64,000 nt of DNA, from positions 1,888,001 through 1,952,000 of the forward strand of contig CAXXNF010000002.1 in the NCBI GenBank assembly GCA_963666365.2, in the 5' to 3' direction. Below, piece after piece: positions 39,598 through 49,821 of the stretch. Both the position numbers and the translations under genes were made by a program. Under the pieces are notes generated by a model. It ran no database searches. It was not told the origin of the DNA and saw nothing but the letters and a program-made list of their open reading frames with translations. How positions within the stretch are numbered: the first letter of the stretch is position 1; each line of letters opens with the position of its first letter. Source of the DNA: Syntrophales bacterium (GTDB lineage Bacteria > Desulfobacterota > Syntrophia > Syntrophales > UBA2210).

Positions 39598-40233
39598 CTA
39601 AGCGAAGGAAAGATCCAAGGGGCTGAAACGATAGGCGTCGGAATCGAAAAGGGCGCAGGCGCCACGCTCGATGGCGCCTACAGTAATGATGTAGTGTTTG
39701 TTTTTATCAAGATCGATTGACACACCGGGCTTGACAGGAAGCTTCTCTATTTTGTCACCACATATTTCAAGCACCGAACAGCGATGCGAATGCCCCCGGA
39801 ACAATATTCCGAAGGGCAAGGACCCATTCGCCATCATGCGGGGTAGATAATATCTTAGGGGCCGTCTCGTTGCTTCGGGCCATTCAAAGGGCGCCGAGTG
39901 CGCATAGACAACAGCCTCGCTACGAATCATATAGGGGAGGTTCTCGAGAAAGACACGCGTCGGCAGACTCAACTGATCGGGGTGGCTGACCGCAAACTCG
40001 GTCATTACCGCACACTCATTATTGCCTCTGACGGCCTCCACCCGCTCTCTCTCCAATATCTCAACTGCCCTTTCCAAAAATTCCGGGTGCAAAGAGTCAC
40101 ATATATCGCCAAGGTGAACCATTCGGGTGGCGCCCCGTTTTCTCAGAAAATCGATGGCCGCCGTCATAAGGGAAAGGTGGTTGTGACTATCGGAAATCAA
40201 TCCAATCACGTGATGTTGGGCGCTCCTTGTCAT
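39598..40233 (-). CDS. Calcineurin-like metallophosphoesterase
   Basis: ISDSH, HLGDICD, RGNNE, AHS, GHSH. Confidence 0.88.
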   Translation of the reverse strand: MTRSAQHHVIGLISDSHNHLSLMTAAIDFLRKRGATRMVHLGDICDSLHPEFLERAVEILERERVEAVRGNNECAVMTEFAVSHPDQLSLPTRVFLENLPYMIRSEAVVYAHSAPFEWPEATRRPLRYYLPRMMANGSLPFGILFRGHSHRCSVLEICGDKIEKLPVKPGVSIDLDKNKHYIITVGAIERGACALFDSDAYRFSPLDLSFA

Positions 40234-40349
40234 GCACGAGTCTATAGCGCTCTTTTCTCATAAACACAAGAGGGTTCGGGAAGTCATAAGGTCTGGACCG
40301 CCTGAGTGTTTTTGTGATATAGGGGATATCACGAGCATGGAGGGACGAT

Positions 40350-41138
40350 ATGATGGATACAAATGACATCGAGGCAAAGATCGAGGCAGCGGCTGACGCC
40401 ATCGTTGAAGCCAAACGAATAGTAGTCTTCACAGGGGCCGGGGTCAGCACTGAATCGGGCATACCGGATTTTCGGAGTCCCGGAGGTATCTGGACCAAAT
40501 TCGATCCCGAAGATTTTACGATACAGAAATTTCTATCCAGTGAAGATTCAAGAAAAAAACAGTGGAAGGTGCTGATCGAGGGGGGACTGTTCGGTAAAGT
40601 GGCGCCCAATCCTGCCCACTACGCTATCGCGGAACTGGAAACGTTGGGGAAACTTGACTGTGTCATAACCCAGAATATCGACAATCTCCACCAGAGAGCG
40701 GGAAATTCTCCGGACATTGTCTTCGAACTGCACGGAAACATGCAGTGGATTATCTGTCTTCACTGCGGGAAGCGATATACCACCGAAGAAATAATCGATA
40801 CATTGAAATCGGGCGTCGAAGTGCCGGAGTGCGAACACTGTCACGGAATGTTGAAACCGGATGTGGTTTTTTTTGGCGAATCACTCCCCTACGAAACCTT
40901 GAATGCCTCCATAGAACACTCCAAACGCTCAGACCTGTTCATTGCCATCGGTTCTTCCCTCGTGGTCACACCGGCAGCCTACATGCCTTCATACGCGCTC
41001 GAATCGGGGGCAAGGCTGATCATTATCAATATCGGGGAAACATCCCTCGACGGGAAGGCTCATATCCTGATTGAGGGAAAAGCCGGGGAAATCATGGCAA
41101 AAATACTGCAAAAGGTGAATGCGCGCCTGTGTGCCTGA
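40350..41138 (+). CDS. cobB: NAD-dependent protein deacylase (sirtuin)
   Basis: GAGVSTESGIPDFR, TQNIDNLH, ELHGN, two CxxC motifs, KPDVVFFGE, GSSLVV. Confidence 0.95.
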   Translation: MMDTNDIEAKIEAAADAIVEAKRIVVFTGAGVSTESGIPDFRSPGGIWTKFDPEDFTIQKFLSSEDSRKKQWKVLIEGGLFGKVAPNPAHYAIAELETLGKLDCVITQNIDNLHQRAGNSPDIVFELHGNMQWIICLHCGKRYTTEEIIDTLKSGVEVPECEHCHGMLKPDVVFFGESLPYETLNASIEHSKRSDLFIAIGSSLVVTPAAYMPSYALESGARLIIINIGETSLDGKAHILIEGKAGEIMAKILQKVNARLCA

Positions 41139-41923
41139 TTGTCTTCGCATATAGATTCCACCGGGACTATCCTCTTATCATCGCCGCCAACCGTGATGAG
41201 TTTTACGATCGCCCCTCTGCCGCCGCTTCATTCTGGAATGAAGCCCCTCAGATTCTGGCCGGACGAGACTTGAAGGGGGGAGGGACCTGGCTTGGACTTA
41301 CTACCGACGGGAGGCTTGCCGCGATTACAAACTATCGCGATCCTGCGCGCCTTAAGGCAAGTGCCCCTTCGAGGGGACTTTTGATCAGCGATTATTTGCG
41401 CGAGTCCGGCACATCGACGGCCTATCTGAAAAAAATCCACCCATACTCGCAAGATTACAATGGGTTCAATCTTCTCATCGGAAACGTTGTGTCCCTCTAT
41501 CACTATTCTAATGTCACCGGGAAGACCACCCCCATTGCCCCGGGCATTCACGGATTGAGCAATCACCTTCTTGACACGCCATGGCCGAAAGTGACACGGG
41601 CAAAAACGCTTCTTCAGGGGCTTCTTTTACACCAACCCTCTCTGGACGTTGAACCGATACTTTCCCTTCTTGCTGACAGGGAACACCCGCCTGAAGATCA
41701 GCTTCCCGATACGGGCATCGGGCGTGACTGGGAACAAATGCTTTCTCCACTGTTCATAACCAGTCCTTATTACGGAACCCGTTCATCCACGGTTATCCTC
41801 GTCGACAAACACCACAGAGCGACCTTTGTCGAGAAAATCACGGAAGCGGGAGATATGCAGGGTACTGTTCATCGCTTCGCTTTTGACATTCCTTTCCTGC
41901 ACAGACGAGAGGATGAAAGGTAA
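41129..41923 (+). CDS. NRDE/TANGO2-family protein
   Basis: N-terminal MCLI, ANRDEFYDRP, GRDLKGGGTWLG, TN, SRG, YGTRSST. Confidence 0.95.
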   Translation: MCLIVFAYRFHRDYPLIIAANRDEFYDRPSAAASFWNEAPQILAGRDLKGGGTWLGLTTDGRLAAITNYRDPARLKASAPSRGLLISDYLRESGTSTAYLKKIHPYSQDYNGFNLLIGNVVSLYHYSNVTGKTTPIAPGIHGLSNHLLDTPWPKVTRAKTLLQGLLLHQPSLDVEPILSLLADREHPPEDQLPDTGIGRDWEQMLSPLFITSPYYGTRSSTVILVDKHHRATFVEKITEAGDMQGTVHRFAFDIPFLHRREDER

Positions 41924-42360
41924 TGTCCGGAAGAGAGTATCCACAGCACCCGCGGGTTGGAGTAGGTGCGATAGTGATCAGAAACAACGCCGTCCTTCTT
42001 GTCAGAAGAGGAAACCCGCCGGGGAAAGATCTCTGGGCAATCCCCGGGGGCCGTCTTCGGCTCGGAGAAAGCCTCCAGGAGGCGGCGGAACGTGAAATAA
42101 TGGAAGAAACGGGAGTGCGCATACGGGCCGGCAGCCCTCTCTATACCTTTGACTTTATCGAAAGGGACTCTGAAGGCCGCATTCGTTACCACTATGTTAT
42201 CGTTGACCTTCACGCGGAGTATATGAGCGGTGAACCCTGCGGCGGCGATGATGCACTGGAAGCTCTATGGGTTACAGAGCAGGAGTTGAAAAGTTTGAAC
42301 CTGTCGGCAAATACCCTCGCCCTTTTGAAGATCTTACAATTCAGCCCCGGACCGGCATGA
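41923..42360 (+). CDS. Nudix hydrolase (ADP-ribose pyrophosphatase-like)
   Basis: Nudix box GGRLRLGESLQEAAEREIMEETG, YHYVIVD, GDDA. Confidence 0.92.
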   Translation: MSGREYPQHPRVGVGAIVIRNNAVLLVRRGNPPGKDLWAIPGGRLRLGESLQEAAEREIMEETGVRIRAGSPLYTFDFIERDSEGRIRYHYVIVDLHAEYMSGEPCGGDDALEALWVTEQELKSLNLSANTLALLKILQFSPGPA

Positions 42361-42470
42361 CAGAAGATCATCCGGCCCGGCATGAAAAAGTCCTACTCGT
42401 CGATCCGGGGCGAGAGAATTCCCCCTCTACCATTGAACCCTCGCCCCCTTGAATCTTTGAGCGCCTTCCA

Positions 42471-42902
42471 CTACAAACGGTAGATTTTATCTCCGGGCAG
42501 AATAACAAACCCCTTCTCCTGCAGCGCCTCTATGGCATCATCGGTACGATCGAACCTGAAGATAATGATCGCGTTTTCTCCACTCCTTTCGACAAAGGCG
42601 TAGGTATATTCCACATTAACACCTTTTTTCGAAAGTGTTTCCACGATGCTGTGAAGCCCCCCCGGCCTGTCGGGAATTTCAACGGCTACCACGGAAGAAC
42701 GCCGCACCGTGAATCCTTCTTCCTGCAATGTTTTTTCTGCGAGGTTCGTATCATTGACAATAAGCCTCAAGATGCCGAAATCGGAAGTGTCGGCGAGAGA
42801 AAGCGCACGAATATTAATGTCCGCATCCTTGAGAACCCTCGTGACATATTCAAGTCCCCCCGGTTTATTCTCCAAAAATATGGAAATCTGTTCCACCTTC
42901 AT
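42471..42902 (-). CDS. ACT-domain protein (PaaK-associated)
   Basis: QISIFLENKPG, INIRALSLADTSDFGILRLIV, DRPGGL, NVEYTYAF. Confidence 0.92.
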   Translation of the reverse strand: MKVEQISIFLENKPGGLEYVTRVLKDADINIRALSLADTSDFGILRLIVNDTNLAEKTLQEEGFTVRRSSVVAVEIPDRPGGLHSIVETLSKKGVNVEYTYAFVERSGENAIIIFRFDRTDDAIEALQEKGFVILPGDKIYRL

Positions 42903-42923
42903 ATCAACCTCCCGCATGCTCTC

Positions 42924-44225
42924 TTATATTTGCCGTTTATCCAGGACGCGCTGCGACTTTCCTTCGAAACGCTGCAGATGCTTCGGCTCCACCAGTTTCA
43001 CCGCTGCCGTGACGCCTAAATAATCTTTGATGTCTTTGGCAATACGTCTCTCAATTTGCTGAAGCGCCCTTACCTCGTCGGAAAAGATCTGCTCACTGAC
43101 CTCAACGCGAACTTCCAGCGTATCAAGCGTTCCTTCTCTGTCCACAATCAGCTGGTAGTGGGGCTCAAGTCCCTCAATCGCCAAAAGCACACTTTCAATC
43201 TGCGAGGGGAACACATTGACGCCCCTGATGATGAGCATGTCATCACTTCTTCCGGACACTCTCGCCATTCGAGTGAGCGTTCTCCCGCACCTGCAGGGGG
43301 CTTTTATCAACGATGACAAGTCCCGGGTTCTATATCTGATCAGCGGAAAAGCCTCTTTTGTAAGGGAGGTAAAGACCAGTTCACCGATCTCACCGTTTTT
43401 TACGGACTCTTCCGTAGCGGGATTGATCACTTCCACAATAAAGTGATCCTCGAACACGTGAAGGCCGCTTTTCCCCTCTATGCATTCCATGGCGACGCCG
43501 GGGCCTATGATTTCAGAAAGACCGTAAATATCGAGAGCCCTGATCCCAAGCCGTTCTTCAATTTCCTCTCTCATCTGCTCACTCCAGGGCTCGGCGCCGA
43601 GAATCCCGACCCTGAGACGCAGGGATTTCATGTCCACACCCATTTCCTCACCCTGCTCGACCAGATAAAGGGCGTAAGAAGGGGTACAGCATATTGCCGT
43701 AGGACCGAAGTCCTGGAGTATCATGACCTGCTTCTTCGTGCTTCCGCCCGACATGGGAATCACGCTGGCGCCGAGTTTTTCCGCGCCATAGTGGGCCCCC
43801 AATCCCCCCGTAAAAAGACCGTAACCATAGGCATTGTGAATGATGTCATTTTTTGTCAGACCGGCGGCAACAAATGATCTCGCCATCAACGTCGACCACG
43901 TATCAATATCGCGCTTCGTATATCCCACGACCGTAGGCTTTCCCGTGGTACCCGACGATGCATGGAGTCGAATCACGTTCCCCATGGGAACGGCAAAGAG
44001 ACCGAAGGGATAATTATCCTTGAGATCCTGTTTGGTAGTGAAGGGAAGCCGTCTGATATCATCCAGACTTTTAATATCCTCGGGGGTTACGCCTGCCTCG
44101 TCAAAGGCTCGGCGGTAAAAACCCACCGTGTGATAGACTCGCTCGGCCACCTGCTGCAACCTCTTTAATTGAAGCGCCTCCAATGCCTCCCGTGGCAATG
44201 TTTCAAACTCTTCATCGTAAATCAT
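42924..44225 (-). CDS. paaK: Phenylacetate-CoA ligase family protein
   Basis: [54 protein letters not shown]. Confidence 0.95.
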   Translation of the reverse strand: MIYDEEFETLPREALEALQLKRLQQVAERVYHTVGFYRRAFDEAGVTPEDIKSLDDIRRLPFTTKQDLKDNYPFGLFAVPMGNVIRLHASSGTTGKPTVVGYTKRDIDTWSTLMARSFVAAGLTKNDIIHNAYGYGLFTGGLGAHYGAEKLGASVIPMSGGSTKKQVMILQDFGPTAICCTPSYALYLVEQGEEMGVDMKSLRLRVGILGAEPWSEQMREEIEERLGIRALDIYGLSEIIGPGVAMECIEGKSGLHVFEDHFIVEVINPATEESVKNGEIGELVFTSLTKEAFPLIRYRTRDLSSLIKAPCRCGRTLTRMARVSGRSDDMLIIRGVNVFPSQIESVLLAIEGLEPHYQLIVDREGTLDTLEVRVEVSEQIFSDEVRALQQIERRIAKDIKDYLGVTAAVKLVEPKHLQRFEGKSQRVLDKRQI

Positions 44226-44289
44226 TTCACGATCTCCTTTTTCACAGTATTCTCCTCTTTGTCCCGCTCACAGTGGTATTTGAAAAATT

Positions 44290-46098
44290 CTATTGACTGT
44301 ACATGGCGTCGATCTCTTTTCCGTATTTTTCCAGAACCACCCTCCGCTTAAGCTTCATTGTCTGTGTCAATGTCCCGTTTTCAAGAGAAAAATTCTCTTT
44401 AAGATATATAAATTTTTTGGGAATTTCATAATGGCCGTATTTGCCTTCAAGGCTGCGGGTAATCTCCGCGCCGATCAGTGCCTTGATAGTTTCGTTTTCA
44501 ACCATTTGGGCGGGGTCCGTCGGAAGTCCCTTTTCCCGGGCATATTTCTCCAGCACCGCGAAATCGGGGACAATCAGCGCAATGGTGTAGGCACGCGACT
44601 CCCCGAAGATCATAGCCTGTTCCACAAAAGGAACGAGCTTGATATCTTCTTCAAGTGAAACGGGAAAGACGAATTTGCCGTTTTCAAGCTTGAATTGCTC
44701 TTTAATACGTCCCGTAATAAAGAGATACCCATCCTCATCGAGCCTTCCGCGGTCACCGGTCCGGAATCCACCGTCCTCAGTCATAACTTTTTTCGTTTCC
44801 TCGGGCTTGTTGTGATAGCCTTTCATGACGTTGGGTCCGTAGACGATAATCTCTCCGTCATCTTTTTCCAGATCACCCAGACTTTTGTCGATTACCACCT
44901 TAATTTTGTCAATGGGTTTCCCCACACTTCCCAACCGGTTGTTCGAAGGTGAATTAATGGTCACTGCAGGCGATGTCTCGGTCAAACCATAACAATCGTA
45001 GGTGGGGATGCCGATATCGTGAAAAAAGTGCGCGATCTCGATATTCATCACGGCGCTTGCCGTGAGGGCGCCTTTGAGACGGCCGCCGAAGCGCGCCCTG
45101 ATTTTTGAAAAAACAATCTTGTCGGCAATCTTGAATTTCAGATTCGTCCAGGCGCTCGATTCGCCTTTTGCGGCAAGCGCTCTTTTTTTCTTTGCGCTCT
45201 CCACACCCATGACAAACAATTTTTTTGCCACCCCGCCCTCTTCATTCATGCGCGCCCACAGACCGTCATAGACACGATTGAAGATACGGGGAACGGCAAT
45301 CAGAAATGTCGGCTTGACTTTTCCGAGATCTTCCGCAATGGTGTTCAGGCTCTCGGCCAATCCCATGGAAGCGCCGAGTCGAATGAAAGAATAGAGATCC
45401 GCCGTCTGCCCGTAGGAATGAGCCCAGGGCAAAATCGGCAGTGAACGTTCATTTTCATCGAATTCCGGATAGAGCTTTGTGGCCGCATGAGCGTTGCTCG
45501 TAAAATTACCATGACTCAGCAGCACACCCTTGGGTTCCCCTGTCGTCCCGGAGGTGTAGATCAGCACGGCGATATCATCGGCGTCAGGATGCAGTGAAGG
45601 TACAGGATTCTGCGCTCCACTTTTTTCCAGCGCCTTCATTGTAGCTTCGCCTTCCCCTTCAATAAGATAGATGTGTGCCAGTGTTGGGATATCTTTTTGA
45701 AATTCCTTTACTTGCTCATATATTTCCGGTTTCGATACAAAAAGTATCTTCAGAGCGCTGTCAGCGATTATATACTTCCATACCTGAACCAACTCGGCTT
45801 CGTACATGGGGACATAACGGGCGCCGAGACCGTATACGGCAAAGGCGATGACGGCCCATTCTTCCCGGTTGTTTGCGATGACCCCTACGGCATCGCCCTT
45901 TGTCACGCCCAGTGACGCGAGACCTCCTCGAAGATTATCCACCCGCTTGGCAACCTCTCCATAAGTGCTCCATAGATATTCTCCATCGGGGCCTTTCGTT
46001 CCAAAAAGAGGATTGTCATTGTACCGCGACACGCTTTCTTCAAACAAATCGACCAAATTGTCAGGTTTATCCAGTGTATACACAAGTTCCCTCCTCAT
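44290..46098 (-). CDS. Long-chain fatty acid-CoA ligase
   Basis: YTSGTTGEPKG, YGLTETSP, RTGD, GRIKE..KLENGK, LTQTMKLKR. Confidence 0.93.
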   Translation of the reverse strand: MRRELVYTLDKPDNLVDLFEESVSRYNDNPLFGTKGPDGEYLWSTYGEVAKRVDNLRGGLASLGVTKGDAVGVIANNREEWAVIAFAVYGLGARYVPMYEAELVQVWKYIIADSALKILFVSKPEIYEQVKEFQKDIPTLAHIYLIEGEGEATMKALEKSGAQNPVPSLHPDADDIAVLIYTSGTTGEPKGVLLSHGNFTSNAHAATKLYPEFDENERSLPILPWAHSYGQTADLYSFIRLGASMGLAESLNTIAEDLGKVKPTFLIAVPRIFNRVYDGLWARMNEEGGVAKKLFVMGVESAKKKRALAAKGESSAWTNLKFKIADKIVFSKIRARFGGRLKGALTASAVMNIEIAHFFHDIGIPTYDCYGLTETSPAVTINSPSNNRLGSVGKPIDKIKVVIDKSLGDLEKDDGEIIVYGPNVMKGYHNKPEETKKVMTEDGGFRTGDRGRLDEDGYLFITGRIKEQFKLENGKFVFPVSLEEDIKLVPFVEQAMIFGESRAYTIALIVPDFAVLEKYAREKGLPTDPAQMVENETIKALIGAEITRSLEGKYGHYEIPKKFIYLKENFSLENGTLTQTMKLKRRVVLEKYGKEIDAMYSQ

Positions 46099-46349
46099 TC
46101 TCCTTGAGGATCTTCCTTTGAGGTCGATCCTCCACGTTAGCAGTCAGTTGCCCTATCCGACACCCCATTGTAAGTTCACTGCATATCATTTTTACTACAG
46201 CACCGGCAGATCTTGTAATTAAAACTTCTTTTTGAAGTATCAAAATATTCAGCAGAATACAAGCAGTAACGCTTTTTGGAACCAGAGGAAAAACACTTGA
46301 CATTCCGTACGGTATAATTTATTTAAATTTTTATTTAAACTTTATAGTA

Positions 46350-46363
46350 TAACTATTTAGTTA
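46350..46363. promoter_or_regulatory. Putative TetR operator
   Basis: Perfect palindrome TAACT-attt-AGTTA in an AT-rich tract 44 bp before the TetR start. Confidence 0.55.
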
Positions 46364-46407
46364 AAATAAATGCGCCCTATTGAAAAATCAAATCTGAAAG
46401 TGATGAG

Positions 46408-47058
46408 ATGACTCACGAATCGATTACAGAAAAACGTCTTGAAACAAATCGGCGCATCCTCGATGCAGCAAAGGATGTTTTTGCGGAAAGTGGATTTGCC
46501 GGTGCCCGTATCGATGAAATCGCCCTTCGTGCAGGGGTGAACAAGGCAACGATTTACTATCATATCGGCAACAAAAAAACGCTCTATGCCGAAACCATTC
46601 ATGAGGTGTTGGAAAATGCCACCGAAAAGATTGCACTGGCCATTGGCAAATCGAGAAATCCCGAGGAAAAGCTCTATCATTACATCCACACCATTGCCCG
46701 TACGATTGACGACAACCCCCAGATGGCGCCGATCATATTGCGGGAAATTGCTTCTGGGACACAAAATATACCCGATATTATACCCAGAGATATGGCGCAA
46801 ATAATAGGAATGCTCTCGGAAATCCTTGAAGAAGGACTTCAGAGGAGTATTTTTGTGAAAACGATGCCCGCCGTCATTCACCTTATGATTATCGGATCAC
46901 TCCTCCTCTATAAGGCCGGGACAAACATTCGACGACAGCACAGGGAACTGTCCCTTGCATTTAATGAGAACGATTCGGAAAATCCTGCAAGGTTTATCAA
47001 CGAGGTGGGAAGACTTATCGCTCGAGCCTTAGCCGGACATGCTGAATTCTCCAGCTGA
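46408..47058 (+). CDS. TetR-family regulator
   Basis: GFAGARIDEIALRAGVNKATIYYH. Confidence 0.93.
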   Translation: MTHESITEKRLETNRRILDAAKDVFAESGFAGARIDEIALRAGVNKATIYYHIGNKKTLYAETIHEVLENATEKIALAIGKSRNPEEKLYHYIHTIARTIDDNPQMAPIILREIASGTQNIPDIIPRDMAQIIGMLSEILEEGLQRSIFVKTMPAVIHLMIIGSLLLYKAGTNIRRQHRELSLAFNENDSENPARFINEVGRLIARALAGHAEFSS

Positions 47059-47093
47059 GATTCTTCATTGGTGCCGACCGGAGCTGAAACGTA

Positions 47094-48266
47094 ATGGCAA
47101 TAAAAAAAATGATGATCGGCATAGTTTTTATATGTCTTTTAATGGTCGTTGCCCTTCTTGTCTATGTGGGGCAATGGCAAAAAGGGAGAAGCAGTCTCTA
47201 TTATTCCGGGACATTTGAAGCGACTGCAGCCCACCTGGCCTTTCAGACCGCAGGAAAAATCGTTCGGGTCCATGTGGATGAAGGACAGAGGGCAGAAAAA
47301 GATCAACTCCTCGCGGAACTTGACCGCAATGAATTACAGGCCAGATACGATCAGGCTGCAGCAAAGCTTGCACAGGCCCGTCTTGTGCTGGAACAGAGGA
47401 GGATGCTTCTTGATCTTTACCGCCGGACGCTGCCCGCCGAGGTAGAACGTGTCAAAGCAGCGGCCAAGGCGGCGGCCTTTCAGCTTGCCGAGCTTCGGGC
47501 GGGTACCCGTGCACAGGATATTGAACGAGCCCAACAAACCATGCTCGCCGCCCGCGCCGTCAAGGAGGACGCGCAAAAAAATCGGGACAAATACGACATT
47601 CTGTTTCAAAAAGGGATTATCTCCGAAAAAGAATGGGATGCCGTGAACTTGAGATATGAAACGACCCTGCGTGATTACGAGCGGAGCAGAGAAGCCTACA
47701 ATCTTGCGAAAGAAGGCGTCCGCAAAGAAACGATTCAGGCTGCCCAGGCGCGGCTGGCGGAAGCCGAGGTTGCAGTAACACAGTCCCGAAGCAATTTGAA
47801 AAGGATAGATGTGGCGGAAAAGGATGTCGACGCCGCCCAAGCGCAGGTTAACTTGGCCGAAGCGTCACGCACACAGGCACAGATAGCTCTCGGGTACACC
47901 CAGTTAAGGGCGCCCTTCGCAGGGATCATCACATGCCGCAGTATTGAACCGGGCGAGTGTGTCACAGCCGGAGAAGAGGTACTGACCTTATCCGATCTTT
48001 CGACAATGGATCTCAAGATTTTTGTTGACGAAACCCGCATAGGCGCGGTCAGACCCGGACAAAAAGTGGAGGTCCGCGTAGACAGCTTCCCCGGAAGATC
48101 TTTTGACGGCAAGGTCACTTTCATTTCTCCGGAAGGTGAATTCACCCCCAAAATTATTCAAACACAAAAGGAACGGGTGAAGCTGGTCTACCTTGTGAAA
48201 GTATCGCTTCCAAATTCCGATCTGTCACTAAAGCCGGGAATGCCGGCAGATGCATGGCTTAAATGA
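47094..48266 (+). CDS. HlyD/YbhG-type membrane fusion protein
   Basis: N-terminal anchor, long coiled coil, EFTPKIIQT, LKPGMPAD. Confidence 0.9.
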   Translation: MAIKKMMIGIVFICLLMVVALLVYVGQWQKGRSSLYYSGTFEATAAHLAFQTAGKIVRVHVDEGQRAEKDQLLAELDRNELQARYDQAAAKLAQARLVLEQRRMLLDLYRRTLPAEVERVKAAAKAAAFQLAELRAGTRAQDIERAQQTMLAARAVKEDAQKNRDKYDILFQKGIISEKEWDAVNLRYETTLRDYERSREAYNLAKEGVRKETIQAAQARLAEAEVAVTQSRSNLKRIDVAEKDVDAAQAQVNLAEASRTQAQIALGYTQLRAPFAGIITCRSIEPGECVTAGEEVLTLSDLSTMDLKIFVDETRIGAVRPGQKVEVRVDSFPGRSFDGKVTFISPEGEFTPKIIQTQKERVKLVYLVKVSLPNSDLSLKPGMPADAWLK

Positions 48267-48284
48267 TTTTCACCATCGAATGAC

Positions 48285-49085
48285 ATGAACAGCGCACATC
48301 ACACCACAGGGGACAGTAATCGAAAGGTGAGCAACGAAGCCTTTATCACCATCGACGGCCTCTCCATTTGTTTTGGTCATCTTAATGCCCTGACGCATGT
48401 CTCACTGTCCATAGAGAAAGGCGCCATATTCGGTGTAGTGGGCTCAGATGGCGCGGGAAAATCGACATTGCTGCGTACAATGGCGATGATGATCAGGCCC
48501 ACGAAGGGAAATATTATCATTGGGGGACGAAATACCGTTGAACATCGGCGGGAACTCAAGCCCTTAATCGGCTATATGCCGCAACGCTTCGGACTCTATG
48601 CCGATCTCACCGTAATTGAAAACGTGAATTTCTTTATGGACATATTTGATATCCGAGGAATTGACCGGAGAGAGCGCATAGAACGATATCTGGGCTTTTC
48701 GAACCTGCTTCCCTTCGTCGACCGGCAGGCAGGCAATCTGTCCGGTGGGATGAAACAGAAATTGGGACTTGCCTGCGTGCTGGTTCATGAACCGCAGGTG
48801 CTTATCCTTGACGAGCCCACCAACGGCGTCGACCCCCTCTCACGAAGAGAATTCTGGGATATTCTCATACAGATGCAGGCCGAAGGCATGACCATCGTGG
48901 TGTCCACTGCCTATCTCGACGAGGGAGAAAAATGCGACCGCCTTGCGCTTCTGCATCGTGCGGAACTCATTGATGTTGTATCTCCCCGTCGGCTGCGCGA
49001 GGGGTTCCCCACCCTTGAGGATGCCCTTATCGATCGTCTTACGGAGGCAGACGAGGAGTTGAATCATGACAGTTTCAAACGATGA
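48285..49085 (+). CDS. ABC ATP-binding protein (YbhF N-half-like)
   Basis: GSDGAGKST, YMPQRFGLY, LSGGMKQKL, DEPTNGVDP. Confidence 0.92.
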   Translation: MNSAHHTTGDSNRKVSNEAFITIDGLSICFGHLNALTHVSLSIEKGAIFGVVGSDGAGKSTLLRTMAMMIRPTKGNIIIGGRNTVEHRRELKPLIGYMPQRFGLYADLTVIENVNFFMDIFDIRGIDRRERIERYLGFSNLLPFVDRQAGNLSGGMKQKLGLACVLVHEPQVLILDEPTNGVDPLSRREFWDILIQMQAEGMTIVVSTAYLDEGEKCDRLALLHRAELIDVVSPRRLREGFPTLEDALIDRLTEADEELNHDSFKR

Positions 49086-49821
49086 CGTCATCGCCGTGGA
49101 AGAACTTGTCAAAAATTTCGGGGACTTTACGGCGGTAGATCACATCAGCTTTTCCGTGCGCAAGGGAGAAATATTCGGATTTCTCGGCGCCAACGGTTCG
49201 GGCAAATCGACAACCATCCGCATGCTCTGCGGCATACTGACCCCCACTTCCGGTACCGGTCATGTGGCCGGGCACGACATCTTCACTGCGCCGGAGCGCA
49301 TCAAGCAATCCATTGGATATATGTCGCAGAAATTCTCCCTCTATGATGAGCTGACACCCTATGAGAACCTCCGTTTTTACTTGGGCGTATACCGCATACC
49401 AACCCGCAACTGGAAGGTACGTATAGAATGGGTGCTGGAAATGACCCGTCTTTCTTCGGTGCAACACAGGTTGACAGGGGATCTTCCCCAAGGTTGGAAA
49501 CAGCGTCTCGCCTTGGGGTCATCGCTTTTGCACAAACCGAACATACTGTTTCTCGATGAACCCACCTCCGGCGTCGACCCGGTTACCCGCCGACATTTCT
49601 GGAATTTTATCGGCGATCTCGCCAATGAAGGCGTGACGGCCTTCGTCACCACCCATTACATGGATGAAGCGCAAAACTGCAACCGAATTGTGATGATCAA
49701 TCAGGGGAAAATAGTCGCATCCGGCTCTCCGGACACAATAATACGCGAGGCCTGCCCGGGCAGCCCGGATGTTGACCTTAATGATGCCTTTATTGCCATC
49801 ATGTCGCGGAAAAACCAATGA
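49066..49821 (+). CDS. ABC ATP-binding protein (YbhF C-half-like)
   Basis: GANGSGKST, YMSQKFSLY, LPQGWKQRL, THYMDEA. Has its own GAGGAG RBS. Confidence 0.92.
   Translation: MTVSNDDVIAVEELVKNFGDFTAVDHISFSVRKGEIFGFLGANGSGKSTTIRMLCGILTPTSGTGHVAGHDIFTAPERIKQSIGYMSQKFSLYDELTPYENLRFYLGVYRIPTRNWKVRIEWVLEMTRLSSVQHRLTGDLPQGWKQRLALGSSLLHKPNILFLDEPTSGVDPVTRRHFWNFIGDLANEGVTAFVTTHYMDEAQNCNRIVMINQGKIVASGSPDTIIREACPGSPDVDLNDAFIAIMSRKNQ

Noticed and set aside
46297..46318. Perfect TTGACA and TATAAT hexamers as one promoter
   Set aside because: Only 10 bp apart, too short for a sigma70 promoter.
48285..49821. Frameshifted ybhF pseudogene
   Set aside because: Each half is a complete ATPase domain and the second has its own RBS and start, so these are two genuine genes.
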